Part shown: positions 8,801 to 17,908 of the stretch, in pieces
Layout of the letters: every line of letters starts with the position of its first letter
Position numbering within the stretch: the first letter of the stretch is position 1
NCBI GenBank assembly: GCA_964388365.1
Contig: CAYMAF010000002.1
Location: 1 to 53,184, forward strand
Length of the DNA stretch: 53,184 bases
Direction of reading: 5' to 3'
DNA from: an uncultured Gammaproteobacteria bacterium
GTDB lineage: Bacteria; Pseudomonadota; Gammaproteobacteria; Steroidobacterales; Rariloculaceae
The notes under the pieces: generated by a model
What the model was told of the DNA's origin: nothing
What the model saw: the letters and a program-made list of their open reading frames with translations, nothing else
The model's database searches: none
Program-made: the position numbers and the translations under genes

Positions 8801-9845
8801 GAAATTTGCCCTTAATGAAAAGGCCGCTACCGGCCAACATGACCGGTATGATGAGAAAAGCCGTGTACACGACCGACGCTGCGACCGCCGTCGCTGCCGG
8901 TGTGCCGTCCAGCCCGAAGCCCATGACGAACGCTACCTGGGTCGTGCCGATCTGCATCGGTGAGTTCGGGATCGACAACCCCAGAACGAGAAGCAAGAGC
9001 GTCACCATTGCACCGGACAGCGTCACAGTCGATCCAACCGCGAGCCCGCTGAACCATATCGCGGCGACGATGAATACCCATTGAGCGACGGAGCCGACGA
9101 CAACGAGCACCATGAGGCGCCGGCTTCCGAACACGGACATTCCGGCTCGCACGCGCTCGAGTTGCTCGCTCAGCCGTCGACGAAGCTTCTCGGGAAGCCG
9201 ATCGAGCAACCGCCCGCTGGCCTGCGCGAGCCAGCGAGGCGTCCGAAGCATGAGGTACAGCACCGCGACGGCGGCGACGAGCGCTGCCGATACGACCGCA
9301 GCCGCGGCATAGACGATTTCCGGCAGATTCGTCGCGACCGCCGCATAGCCTGCGAGCAAGGCGAGCAGGGCCAAGAAGTCCAACATTCGCTCGACGAATA
9401 TCGTGCTGATCACGGTCCCGAAGGGCACCGCGCACCGCCTCGTGATCCAAGTTGCGCGTATGGCCTCCCCCACGTGGGCGATGAGGAAATTGACGGCCAA
9501 GCCCACGTAAACGGCGGAATGAAGGTGACGAAACGTTGCGCTCGGCACCATAAGTAATAGCCGCCATCGCCACGCTTTGAGAATCACGAAAGCCGCGGTC
9601 GCGCCTAGGATCGCCGCTCCGAACAGGTAGTTCGCGGAGCCCATCGCCGACACGAGCGAAGGCATGTCGACCTTGGTCAGGGCCGCATACAACAGAATCG
9701 CTCCGATTGCGATTCCGAGCGCGCTCCAGACGAAGGCCTTCGAGCGATCGAGCGAAGGCTGCGCCCCGGCGCGCGTCACCGCGCTGCGATCATCCTCGGC
9801 CCCGATCCCGGGCATTGGACGCGGCTTTGCCGGGCTGTCCATCAT
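8793..9845 (-). CDS. Polytopic membrane protein of the UPF0104 / lysyl-phosphatidylglycerol-synthase-TM (MprF flippase-like) family
   Basis: Start moved to ATG 9845 (MMDSPAKPRP...), which forms an ATGA overlap with the upstream stop (9842-9845). Multiple hydrophobic helices and the KAWRWRLLL segment typical of this family. Confidence 0.65.
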   Translation of the reverse strand: MMDSPAKPRPMPGIGAEDDRSAVTRAGAQPSLDRSKAFVWSALGIAIGAILLYAALTKVDMPSLVSAMGSANYLFGAAILGATAAFVILKAWRWRLLLMVPSATFRHLHSAVYVGLAVNFLIAHVGEAIRATWITRRCAVPFGTVISTIFVERMLDFLALLALLAGYAAVATNLPEIVYAAAAVVSAALVAAVAVLYLMLRTPRWLAQASGRLLDRLPEKLRRRLSEQLERVRAGMSVFGSRRLMVLVVVGSVAQWVFIVAAIWFSGLAVGSTVTLSGAMVTLLLLVLGLSIPNSPMQIGTTQVAFVMGFGLDGTPAATAVAASVVYTAFLIIPVMLAGSGLFIKGKFHG

Positions 9846-10789
9846 CGCCGTGCCTCTGACGGAGCAAGCGAAAGCTCCGCGGTGATGGGATAGTGATCGG
9901 AACCAATGGCCGGCAGCACTCGAAAATCCTCCGCGACGAACGAGCGGGTGTGCAGAACATGATCGATCGGCGCCCCGAGCAGGGGTATCGACGGCCACGT
10001 CGGCGCGATACTGTACCCCTTGCGCGCATTCTCGAGTTTCGCAGTCGTCACGAAATCGCGGTAGTGCGGGCTCCACATTGAAAGATTGAAGTCCCCGAAT
10101 ACCACCGCATCGTGCGGGGACTCTGCGATATGAGCCGAGATGGCGCGCAACTGTTCATCTCTGCGCTTCGCGAGGTCGGCTGTCATCGGGGGATAAGGGT
10201 GCACGAGCAGAAGCTCGACGGCTCGTGCGCCCCACTGCAGCGTGGCGGCGATCGCCGACGGCTCGTCGCCTGCAAAATGAATCTTTCGCGCATTTCCGAG
10301 AGGCATCTTGCTCAGCAGCGCCATCCCCCAAAAGCCTTCCTCGGGAGCTTCGAAACGATATGGATATTCGCCGGCGACATGCTCCAGCCGCGCGAGAAAG
10401 GAAGGCGAGAGCTCTATGAGACCGACGATATCCGGTTGCTCCTTGCGTATCAGCGCTTCGAGGCGTGTAGGGTCGGAGATCCACGGCGAAACATTGGACG
10501 CGACGATCTTGAGCGTCGGAGCCCCTTCGGCGCTGTTCCCGCGATGCGAAGGCACGTACCAGGGGACGACGGATGCGGAGCCGACCGCGAGCCCGATCGC
10601 CGACGCGGCGAGCCAGGCCCGCTCGCGCGCAATCAGAAACACGACGCAGCAAATGAGCAGCGCCGGCACGAAATGAGGGCGGAAGCTCGACAGGTTGTCC
10701 AGAACGTAATGCCATCTACCGTTCAAAGACAGCAGCAGGCTTCCGGCCAGCATTAGCGTGACGAGCTTCGTGATACGGATCAGCCACAT
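9842..10789 (-). CDS. Membrane-anchored endonuclease/exonuclease/phosphatase (EEP) family phosphoesterase
   Basis: N-terminal TM helices (MWLIRITKLVTLMLAGSLLLSL..., PALLICCVVFLIA). EEP motifs IVGLIELS, VVFGDFNLS and C-terminal GSDHYPITAEL. The start is uncertain: ATG 10789 is chosen, and ATG 11026 is also in frame. Confidence 0.7.
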   Translation of the reverse strand: MWLIRITKLVTLMLAGSLLLSLNGRWHYVLDNLSSFRPHFVPALLICCVVFLIARERAWLAASAIGLAVGSASVVPWYVPSHRGNSAEGAPTLKIVASNVSPWISDPTRLEALIRKEQPDIVGLIELSPSFLARLEHVAGEYPYRFEAPEEGFWGMALLSKMPLGNARKIHFAGDEPSAIAATLQWGARAVELLLVHPYPPMTADLAKRRDEQLRAISAHIAESPHDAVVFGDFNLSMWSPHYRDFVTTAKLENARKGYSIAPTWPSIPLLGAPIDHVLHTRSFVAEDFRVLPAIGSDHYPITAELSLAPSEARR

Positions 10790-11223
10790 CTCGTATATGC
10801 TCTGATGCAGAGCCTTCACTCGAAGCCGTTCGACTCGCCCTCGCGCGGTTATGTCAACGGGCCCGCGCTTCGGGTCGTCCCAGATGAGGTTCGTCAGCGT
10901 TTCGAGAAGCGCACATAAGGGCCCGCGCCTCGTCAGCGATGTCGACACCTGGCTCCGGGAAAGGCCGCGATATCGTTCTAGGTTCGAATTCTTCCGGTCG
11001 TTGGCCCGCCGTCGATCTACGAGCATAGCGCTACGGGCGGGGACGCGGCCACTCGAGCGAGCCCGGCGACGCTCCAAGGCCTCGGTGTGGCATGCGGCCG
11101 GGAAAGCCAGGCTGCGGCGAGGGAGCGGACCGCGGCACCCGCCGGCACGCGAGGATCGGCGTTGAAATCGGACCCGCGCTGGAAGATGATCGCACCGTTT
11201 CGGCTCGAGTGCGAGGCAATCCG

Positions 11224-11625
11224 ATGAACGCGAAGCTCCTGATGATGACGAGCAGCGCGATCCTGGCCGTCGGCGGCCTCACCGCGCTGTTCGCGCCTCA
11301 CGAGCTCGCGGCGGCGCTGGGTGCGCCGATCGCCGGATCGGGCGTACCGATCCAGCTCCTCGGGAGCGCATACTTCGCGTCGGCGATCGCGAACTGGACC
11401 GGGAAGGACAAGCCGATCGGCGGCATCTATTCGAGGCCGCTATCGCTCGGCAATTTCGTGCACTTCTCGATCGGCGCGCTCGTCCTACTGAACGGCGCGG
11501 TGGACGGCAGCGCTTCCGCCGCGCTCGTGACCGCCTGCGCGGTCTATGCCGCTCTCGCGGCGGCATTCGCGCGGTTGGCGTTCGGCGGAAGCGCCGCGGC
11601 CGCCGGGGCCGGCGCGGACCGGTAA
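11224..11625 (+). CDS. Small hydrophobic (about 4 TM) protein, function unknown
   Basis: Start at ATG 11224 (MNAKLLMMTSSAILAVGGLTALFAP). Coding-like GC3. No family recognised. Confidence 0.45.
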   Translation: MNAKLLMMTSSAILAVGGLTALFAPHELAAALGAPIAGSGVPIQLLGSAYFASAIANWTGKDKPIGGIYSRPLSLGNFVHFSIGALVLLNGAVDGSASAALVTACAVYAALAAAFARLAFGGSAAAAGAGADR

Positions 11626-11633
11626 CGGGCCCG

Positions 11634-12242
11634 TTAAGGCACGAGCCCTTCGGCCCGCAAGGCCGCCTGCACCGCCGGACGGCGGCCGACGCGCTCGTGG
11701 AACGCGAGCACGTTATCGAGCCCCGAATAATCCACGTTCAGGAAGTCCTTCCAGCCGACCATGACGAACAGGTAGGCGTCCGCCGCGGTGAAGCGGCCGC
11801 CGAGCAGGAATTCCTTGCCGTCGAGCCATCGATCCACCAAGTCGAAGCGCTTGCGCATGTACGCGACCCGCTCCTCGCGCGCCTCCGGCGTCAGGCGCGG
11901 ATCGAAAAACGGCCCGTAGCCCTTGTGGATCTCGGTGCTGATGAACGCGAGCATTTCCTGTAGCCGATAGCGCTCCCACGTGCCGTTCGGCGGCGCGAGC
12001 CCCGAGTCGGGCTTCAAGTCCGCGAGATACTGCGCGATCACCGGCCCTTCCGTGAGGATCTCGCCGTTGTCTAGCTCGAGCGCCGGCACGTAGCCCTTTG
12101 GATTTACTGAAAAATAGTCGCGGCCGCTCCCGGTCTTCTTCGTCTCGAGATCCACTTTCTCCAGCGCGAGCTCGATCCCGGCCTCTTGGGCGACGATGTG
12201 CGGCGCCAGCGAGCACGCACCCGGCGTGTAGTAGAGCTTCAT
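11634..12242 (-). CDS. gstA: Glutathione S-transferase, beta class
   Basis: MKLYYTPGACSLAPHIV...NPKGYVPALELDNGEILTEGPVIAQYLAD...TAADAYLF is collinear with E. coli GstA over its full length of 202 aa. Confidence 0.9.
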   Translation of the reverse strand: MKLYYTPGACSLAPHIVAQEAGIELALEKVDLETKKTGSGRDYFSVNPKGYVPALELDNGEILTEGPVIAQYLADLKPDSGLAPPNGTWERYRLQEMLAFISTEIHKGYGPFFDPRLTPEAREERVAYMRKRFDLVDRWLDGKEFLLGGRFTAADAYLFVMVGWKDFLNVDYSGLDNVLAFHERVGRRPAVQAALRAEGLVP

Positions 12243-12443
12243 CGAGATCTCCTTGAACTCTCCAAGCGGCTATGGTGACGGCGCCCGAGAGGCGAAGCGT
12301 TACCGCCGTCTCGGCCCGTCCTGGTGATCTATGTCGGCTCAGCTTGCCTCCACGCAGAGCCTCCGACAATGACCTGGAAGCGAGAGACGGAGCCCGGCGT
12401 CCGCAAGCGATCCGTTCTGCAATCCCGTGCTCCGCTCCGGGCG

Positions 12444-13274
12444 CTACCAGGGCCGATCGCTTGCCGCAGCGTTCTCGGCGGCACAGCGTGTCGCGTCCGG
12501 CGGTGCCGCGCCCGCTTGCCGCAGCGCCGCGAGCTCGTCGCGCGCGCTCGCGACATCCGCTTGAAACTCGGCGTTGCCCGCGAGCGCGGCGAACACCGCG
12601 GACGAAGCAAGCCGGCCCGCATCCACATCGGACACGTAATGCACTCCGCAGACGACCCGGCTCTCGCCGTACGCGCGACCGCGCGCGAGGATCGCGGCGG
12701 CCCGCTCGGGCTCGACTTGAGCGAGCACGAGCGCATAGATCCATCCCGCGGCCGAATGACCCGAGGGGTAGGAGCCGCTCGCCGCGAATTCCTCCGACGC
12801 GACGACGCACGTCGGACCGCTTTCGACGCGAAACGGGCGCTCGCGCTGATAGTCGCTCTTCGCGCGTCCGACGATCGGCGACACGTCGGCGACCGCTCGG
12901 CCGACGAGGCGCGACAGATACGGCGTAGAAACGCTGTCGAGGTCGATCCCGAGCGCGCAACCGAAGTTCGCGAGCAGGGCCGGCCCCGCTTCGGCGTCCT
13001 TCACGGCGAGCTCCCAGCGGGGGGTGCCCTCGAGCGCGCGTGTCGCACGAAACACCTCGATGTCGGCAATGCCGAGGGGGGCCTCGTCCGCCGGCGGCGG
13101 AGGCATGAACACGCGGTGGTCCGGGATGCCATCGCGCCCGAGATAGCCGGCGAAGCGGCCGGGGGCCGGGGTGGCCGCCATCCCGGGGGCCGCCTCGCGC
13201 GCGCTTTGCGCCCCGACGTCGCCGGCCGAGACGCCGACGCACAAGCAAACAATGGCAATCCAGCGTCGATTCAA
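12444..13274 (-). CDS. Class A non-specific acid phosphatase (PAP2 superfamily), secreted
   Basis: Signal peptide MNRRWIAIVCLCVGVSAGDVGAQS. All three PAP2 motifs are present: KSDYQRERP, YPSGHS, SRVVCGVHYVSD. Confidence 0.85.
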   Translation of the reverse strand: MNRRWIAIVCLCVGVSAGDVGAQSAREAAPGMAATPAPGRFAGYLGRDGIPDHRVFMPPPPADEAPLGIADIEVFRATRALEGTPRWELAVKDAEAGPALLANFGCALGIDLDSVSTPYLSRLVGRAVADVSPIVGRAKSDYQRERPFRVESGPTCVVASEEFAASGSYPSGHSAAGWIYALVLAQVEPERAAAILARGRAYGESRVVCGVHYVSDVDAGRLASSAVFAALAGNAEFQADVASARDELAALRQAGAAPPDATRCAAENAAASDRPW

Positions 13275-13349
13275 GCTCCTCTCCCCGGCAGCTGCAAGTC
13301 GGAAGCGGAGAATTGTATCCTCTCCGTCTCACCCGAAAGAGAGGTAGTA

Positions 13350-13916
13350 ATGAAGAGAATCACTTGTCTCACCGCAGCCGTGCTGCTCGCCTCGACGGCC
13401 TTCGCCCAGGATGATGCCCCGGGCCGGGGCGGTGCAAGCCAGCGGGCCGCGGCCCGCGGACCCAACTGCGACGCGCCCGTGCCGTCCGCCGTTCCCGTGA
13501 CCGGCGATACGACGCGGGAAGGCCAGCTCGCGATGCTGGAGCACGATGATCCGCAGCTAGCAGCCAATAAGCGCCTGGTTTGGGACATGTGGCGGACCCT
13601 GCTGAACGCCTATCAGATCGACCGAGCCGGCGACTTCATCGACGAGAATTATATCCAGCACAATCCGCTCGCTGACACGGGACTCGCCGGCATGCAGAAC
13701 TTCTTCCGCGCGCTCGGCATCCCGCCGGGCGAGATTCCGGACGCGATTCCCGAAGGCGTCGTGGACATCATCGCCGAACGGGATCTCGTGCTGATCGCGT
13801 TCCCGCGTACGTTCACGGACTCGTGCGGCCGCGAATACACGTCGACCTGGTTCGACCTCTTCCGGATCAAGGACGGAAAGATCGTCGAGCACTGGGATCC
13901 GGCGACTCGGCCCTGA
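13350..13916 (+). CDS. Secreted SnoaL-like / NTF2-fold protein
   Basis: Start at ATG 13350 after GAGAGG (MKRITCLTAAVLLASTAFAQ signal peptide). The FIDENYIQHNP...DGKIVEHWD pattern is typical of SnoaL-like polyketide-cyclase-fold proteins. The upstream 1 kb of the ORF-track ORF is antisense to the phosphatase and spurious. Confidence 0.7.
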   Translation: MKRITCLTAAVLLASTAFAQDDAPGRGGASQRAAARGPNCDAPVPSAVPVTGDTTREGQLAMLEHDDPQLAANKRLVWDMWRTLLNAYQIDRAGDFIDENYIQHNPLADTGLAGMQNFFRALGIPPGEIPDAIPEGVVDIIAERDLVLIAFPRTFTDSCGREYTSTWFDLFRIKDGKIVEHWDPATRP

Positions 13917-14065
13917 CGATCCGCGGTTGCCGCGACGGCGCCCGTCACATGTTGCCGAGGCGCCGTCGTCCGGCACGACCGTCGACCTCGTGGGAGCGCG
14001 AACGACTGTGGTTCAGCAAGGCGCCGGGCGGCCCGAAGCCTTTAAGCCCACGTTCGCGACGCCGG

Positions 14066-14559
14066 CTACGGACGGCCGGCGGCCTTCCTGCAATGCAAGA
14101 AGATTCCGTGCGCGCCCGACGCGATGCCGCGGTTGAGGTCGCGCCACGCCCAATCCCGCACGGATACGATCTCGCCCCTCGGCTCGAATAGCCGCAGATA
14201 GTCCTCGAACCGGTTGTCGTGCACGACGCGACCGGGCCCGCCCTTGCGGCCGCTGAAGTCGGTCGTGATCTCGAGGACAAACACGGGGCAGTGGCTCGCT
14301 CGATACCGATCGCGGAGGCGTCGACCGCCGTCACCGTCAATCCGAGGTCGCTCAATAGGCGCGCTTGAAGGCCCATTCCGCAGCCGATCTCGAGCACGTG
14401 GTGCCCACGCTTCCAGCCGGCGGTCGGCACGACCCACTTCTTCAGTTTCCGCCGTTCCTCGCGCAGCGAGTACTCCCAGCCGCCGTCCGCGTAGAACCGG
14501 TCGTAGTGACCTCGCTTCTTCGGTTCGTCCGTCGATTGCCGATCCATCACCACGTTCAT
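14066..14559 (-). pseudogene. Frameshifted (and probably internally shortened) class I SAM-dependent methyltransferase
   Basis: The frame of ORF 13945..14625 gives a good N-terminal part (MNVVMDRQ...HHVLEIGCGMGLQARLLSDLGLTVTAVDASAIGIERA) and then degenerates to Ser/Arg junk. The frame of ORF 14066..14656 becomes protein-like from about 14297 (SHCPVFVLEITTDFSGRKGGPGRVVHDNRFEDYLRLFEPRGEIVSV...). The switch point lies near 14290-14300. Confidence 0.5.
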
Positions 14560-14864
14560 GCTCCTGATATCGATCCGACTCGAACCGAACGCCGCGAGAC
14601 CGAAGATGCCGACAGCATGCGACATACAACATCTCTGCTACGCGGCTTTCCCGCACCGAGATATAGGATCGGCTGCGACGATGTCTGCATCGCTGCGCGC
14701 GGCTCGACCGGGGCTCTCGTCGCTCGCGAGGGCCCGGGGTTGCCTCGAGCGGCGAAATCGTTCAGGGTTCGCCCCCTGCGGATCCTACGCATCGCATCGA
14801 TCCTCGTCACGATGGCTCGACACGGAGGAAGACCAGTGCCGCCACGGCCGGCGCGCCCGTCGCA

Positions 14865-16589
14865 ATGAGAAAGAAGACGACGACGAATTCCGATCCGACC
14901 GCGTACACCTCGACGGGCGTCCCGCCCGTCACTGCGAGCGGAACCGACATCCTCGTATTCGCAGTCGTCGCCGTGCTGATGTTCACGCTCGTCGGATGGG
15001 GCGGACTCGCGACCGACTCTCTCGCAGCCGTTACGGCGGGCGCGCTCGAGTGGCTCATCGTGAATCTCGGCTGGTTCTTCGTGCTCTCGGCGACCGGCTT
15101 CGTCGCGTTCGCGCTCTATCTCGCGTTCAGCCGCTTCGGCCGAGTGCCGCTCGGCGCCGACGACGAAGAGCCCGAGTTTCGGACGACATCGTGGATCGCG
15201 ATGATGTTCAGTGCCGGCATGGGCATCGGGCTCATGTTCTTCGGCGTCAGCGAGCCGCTATCGCACTTCCTGAGCCCGCCGCCCGGCACCGTGCCGCTGA
15301 CGCCCGACGGCGTCCCGGCCCCGAGCGCGGAGTCCGTCGCGATCCGCACGGCCATGGCGACCACGCTGTTTCACTGGACGCTGCATCCGTGGTCCATCTA
15401 TGCCGTCGCCGGCCTCGCGATCGCGTACAGCGTGTTCCGCAAGGGACGCAGGCATCTGATCAGCTCCGTGTTCGCTCCTTTTCTCGGCGAAAGCCGGGCG
15501 AGCGGTCCGGCCGCGAAGCTCATCGACATCCTCGCCCTCTTCGCGACCCTATTCGGCTCGGCGGCCTCGCTCGGCATCGGCACGCTGCAGATCAGGACGG
15601 GGATGATCGAAGCGGGCTGGATCGAAGGCGCGAGCATCAGCGTGCTCGTGCTGATCATCGTCGTGCTCACGATCTGTTTCATCGCATCCGCCGTTTCGGG
15701 GGTCGCCCGGGGCATCCAGTATCTTTCGAATATCAATATGGTGCTCGCGGTATTGCTCGCCGTCTTCGTGTTTCTCGTCGGCCCGACGGTGTTCATGCTG
15801 AACCTCGTGCCGACGTCGATCGGCAGTTATCTCAGTGACTTCGGCCTGATGGCATCGCGCTCCGGGGCGACCGGCGGCGATGCGATGAGCCGCTGGCTGC
15901 AGAGCTGGACGATCTTCTACTGGGCCTGGTGGATCTCTTGGACGCCTTTTGTCGGCATGTTCATCGCGCGGATCAGCCGCGGGCGAACGATTCGTCAGTT
16001 CGTCGGCGGAGTCCTGCTCGTGCCTAGCATCGTCAGCGTGCTCTGGTTCTCGATCTTCGGCGGCGCGGCGATCGATCTCGCGCGGGCCGGCGTGCCGGTC
16101 GCCGAAGGGGGCCCGGAGGCCCAGACGTTCAACGTGCTCGCGGAGCTGCCGTTCACCGGAATCACGTCGGCGATCGTGATGCTGCTCGTCGCGATTTTCT
16201 TCGTCTCGGGAGCGGACGCCGCATCGGTCGTGATGGGAACGCTGTCGCAGCGCGGCTCGCTCGCCCCGTCCCGCTGGGTCGTCATCTTCTGGGGCGCGGC
16301 GACGGGCGCGGTGGCCGCGGTCATGCTTGCGATCGGAGGGAGCGCCGCCCTTTCCGGCGTTCAAAACCTCACGTTCATCGCCGCGCTGCCGTTCACCGTC
16401 GTGATGGTCGCGATGTGTTTCGCGCTGATGAAGGATCTGCTGCACGACCCGGTCATCCTGCGCGAGAACAAAGCCGCCGAGGTGCTCGAAGCGGCCGTCG
16501 TCCAGGGCATCGAGGAGCACGACGGCGAATTTCAGCTCGAGATCAGTCAGCCGGATACCGCGAGCAAGGATCCGAGTTCCGCGGGCTGA
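14865..16589 (+). CDS. BCCT-family (betaine/carnitine/choline) transporter
   Basis: 574 aa and polytopic. BCCT signature region WTIFYWAWWISWTPFVGMFIARISRGRTIRQF. Confidence 0.9.
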   Translation: MRKKTTTNSDPTAYTSTGVPPVTASGTDILVFAVVAVLMFTLVGWGGLATDSLAAVTAGALEWLIVNLGWFFVLSATGFVAFALYLAFSRFGRVPLGADDEEPEFRTTSWIAMMFSAGMGIGLMFFGVSEPLSHFLSPPPGTVPLTPDGVPAPSAESVAIRTAMATTLFHWTLHPWSIYAVAGLAIAYSVFRKGRRHLISSVFAPFLGESRASGPAAKLIDILALFATLFGSAASLGIGTLQIRTGMIEAGWIEGASISVLVLIIVVLTICFIASAVSGVARGIQYLSNINMVLAVLLAVFVFLVGPTVFMLNLVPTSIGSYLSDFGLMASRSGATGGDAMSRWLQSWTIFYWAWWISWTPFVGMFIARISRGRTIRQFVGGVLLVPSIVSVLWFSIFGGAAIDLARAGVPVAEGGPEAQTFNVLAELPFTGITSAIVMLLVAIFFVSGADAASVVMGTLSQRGSLAPSRWVVIFWGAATGAVAAVMLAIGGSAALSGVQNLTFIAALPFTVVMVAMCFALMKDLLHDPVILRENKAAEVLEAAVVQGIEEHDGEFQLEISQPDTASKDPSSAG

Positions 16590-16675
16590 CGCGGCGGATC
16601 GCGCCTGTCTCGAGGCAGCTCAAGACTTGGGTTCGACTTACACTATCCCTCACTCGCCGCGCATAGGGGGGACTC

Positions 16676-17887
16676 ATGCCGGAGCCACTTACGCCGCTGC
16701 TATCGCGCCGCGCGCTGCTGCGCTTTCTTTCCGCGAGCCCGCTCGCATACGGTCTCGGGCTCGGACTCGGCCTGCGCGCCGGCGATGCGCTCGCGCAGCT
16801 CGACGGCTTGATCGAGGACGCGGCGCACGCCGTCAACGTGTTCGATTTCGAAGCGTACGTGAAGCGGCACATGCCGATCGGCCACTACACGTACATGGCG
16901 TACGGCGCGGACGATTCCGCGATGCTCGAGGTGAACCGGGAAGGTTTCCGGAAGATTCGGCTCCGTCCCCGGCGGCTCGTCGACGTCTCGACGATCGACA
17001 CGTCGGTCGCGCTGTTCGGCGCGCGCTACGCCGTGCCGATCTTCTGCGCGCCGTGCGGTGCGCAGCAGGCCTTCCATCCAGAAGGCGAGGTCGCGGTGGC
17101 GCGCGCGGCGCGCGCGAAGAATACGCTGCAGATTCTGTCGACCGTGACGAACCGCTCGGTTGAGGACGTCGCGAGCGCGCGGGGCGCGCCGATCTGGTTT
17201 CAGCTCTATCCGACGTCCGACTGGAACGTAACCCGCGCGATGATTCGCCGAGCCGAAGCTGCCGGCTGCACCGCGCTCGCGCTGACCGTCGATATCCCAG
17301 CGCGCAATATGGAAGCCAGCGCGAGACTGCGCCGCGACACGAACCGCGAGTGCATGAGCTGCCATACCGGCGATGCGTGGAGCACGAAAGCGATGTTCGC
17401 CGGCGTCAATATGTCGCGCTTGCGAATGGGAAGCGCCGGTCTCACCTGGGACTACGTCGACCGGCTGAAGGACTCGACGTCGATGAAGGTGCTCGTCAAG
17501 GGCATCGTGACGGCCGACGATGCGCTGATCGCGCTCGAGCGCGGCGTCGACGGCATCATCGTGTCGAATCACGGCGGACGGGCCGAGGCGAGCGGCGTCT
17601 CGAGCATCGAATCGCTTCAAGAAGTCGTGCCGGCCGTTCAAGGGCGCGTGCCGGTGCTCGTGGACAGCGGCTTTCGCCGCGGCACGGACATCTTCAAGGC
17701 GCTCGCGATCGGCGCGGACGCGATCTGCATCGGTCGGCCGTATCTCTGGGGTCTCGGCGCGTTCGGGCAATCGGGCGTCGAGCGCGTGCTCGATATCCTG
17801 ACCCGGGAGCTCGAGATCGTGATGGCGCAGATGGGCGCGGCAAACCTTGCAGAAATTTCCGCTCGCTCGATCGCCCTCTCGGGTTGA
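16676..17887 (+). CDS. FMN-dependent alpha-hydroxy-acid oxidase/dehydrogenase (glycolate oxidase / LldD family) with a twin-arginine leader
   Basis: Leader MPEPLTPLLSRRALLRFLSASPLAYGLGLGLGLRAGDALAQ. Family motifs include VSNHGGR and the TIM-barrel C-terminal GADAICIGRPYLWGL. Confidence 0.8.
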   Translation: MPEPLTPLLSRRALLRFLSASPLAYGLGLGLGLRAGDALAQLDGLIEDAAHAVNVFDFEAYVKRHMPIGHYTYMAYGADDSAMLEVNREGFRKIRLRPRRLVDVSTIDTSVALFGARYAVPIFCAPCGAQQAFHPEGEVAVARAARAKNTLQILSTVTNRSVEDVASARGAPIWFQLYPTSDWNVTRAMIRRAEAAGCTALALTVDIPARNMEASARLRRDTNRECMSCHTGDAWSTKAMFAGVNMSRLRMGSAGLTWDYVDRLKDSTSMKVLVKGIVTADDALIALERGVDGIIVSNHGGRAEASGVSSIESLQEVVPAVQGRVPVLVDSGFRRGTDIFKALAIGADAICIGRPYLWGLGAFGQSGVERVLDILTRELEIVMAQMGAANLAEISARSIALSG

Positions 17888-17908
17888 GCCGGCCGCGGGC
17901 AGGCGGGG

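Noticed and set aside
12324-13916. 530-aa plus-strand ORF that appears to extend the SnoaL-like gene 1 kb upstream. Comparable 5' extensions occur in ORF-track entries 1736-2602, 2445-2906, 2953-4122, 4040-5716, 5867-7066, 8793-10076, 17909-18445, 22431-23048, 23996-26851, 39215-41641 and 43284-50072.
   Set aside because: The upstream parts overlap well-supported genes or are junk-like. Internal ATG/GTG starts coincide with signal peptides, SD-like sequences or start/stop coupling, so I trimmed the starts.
14626-14864. Possible riboswitch (for example glycine/betaine-related) in the ~240-nt leader upstream of the BCCT transporter
   Set aside because: I could not find the conserved cores of any riboswitch class I know. 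The region is also partly the decayed 5' end or promoter of the methyltransferase remnant.
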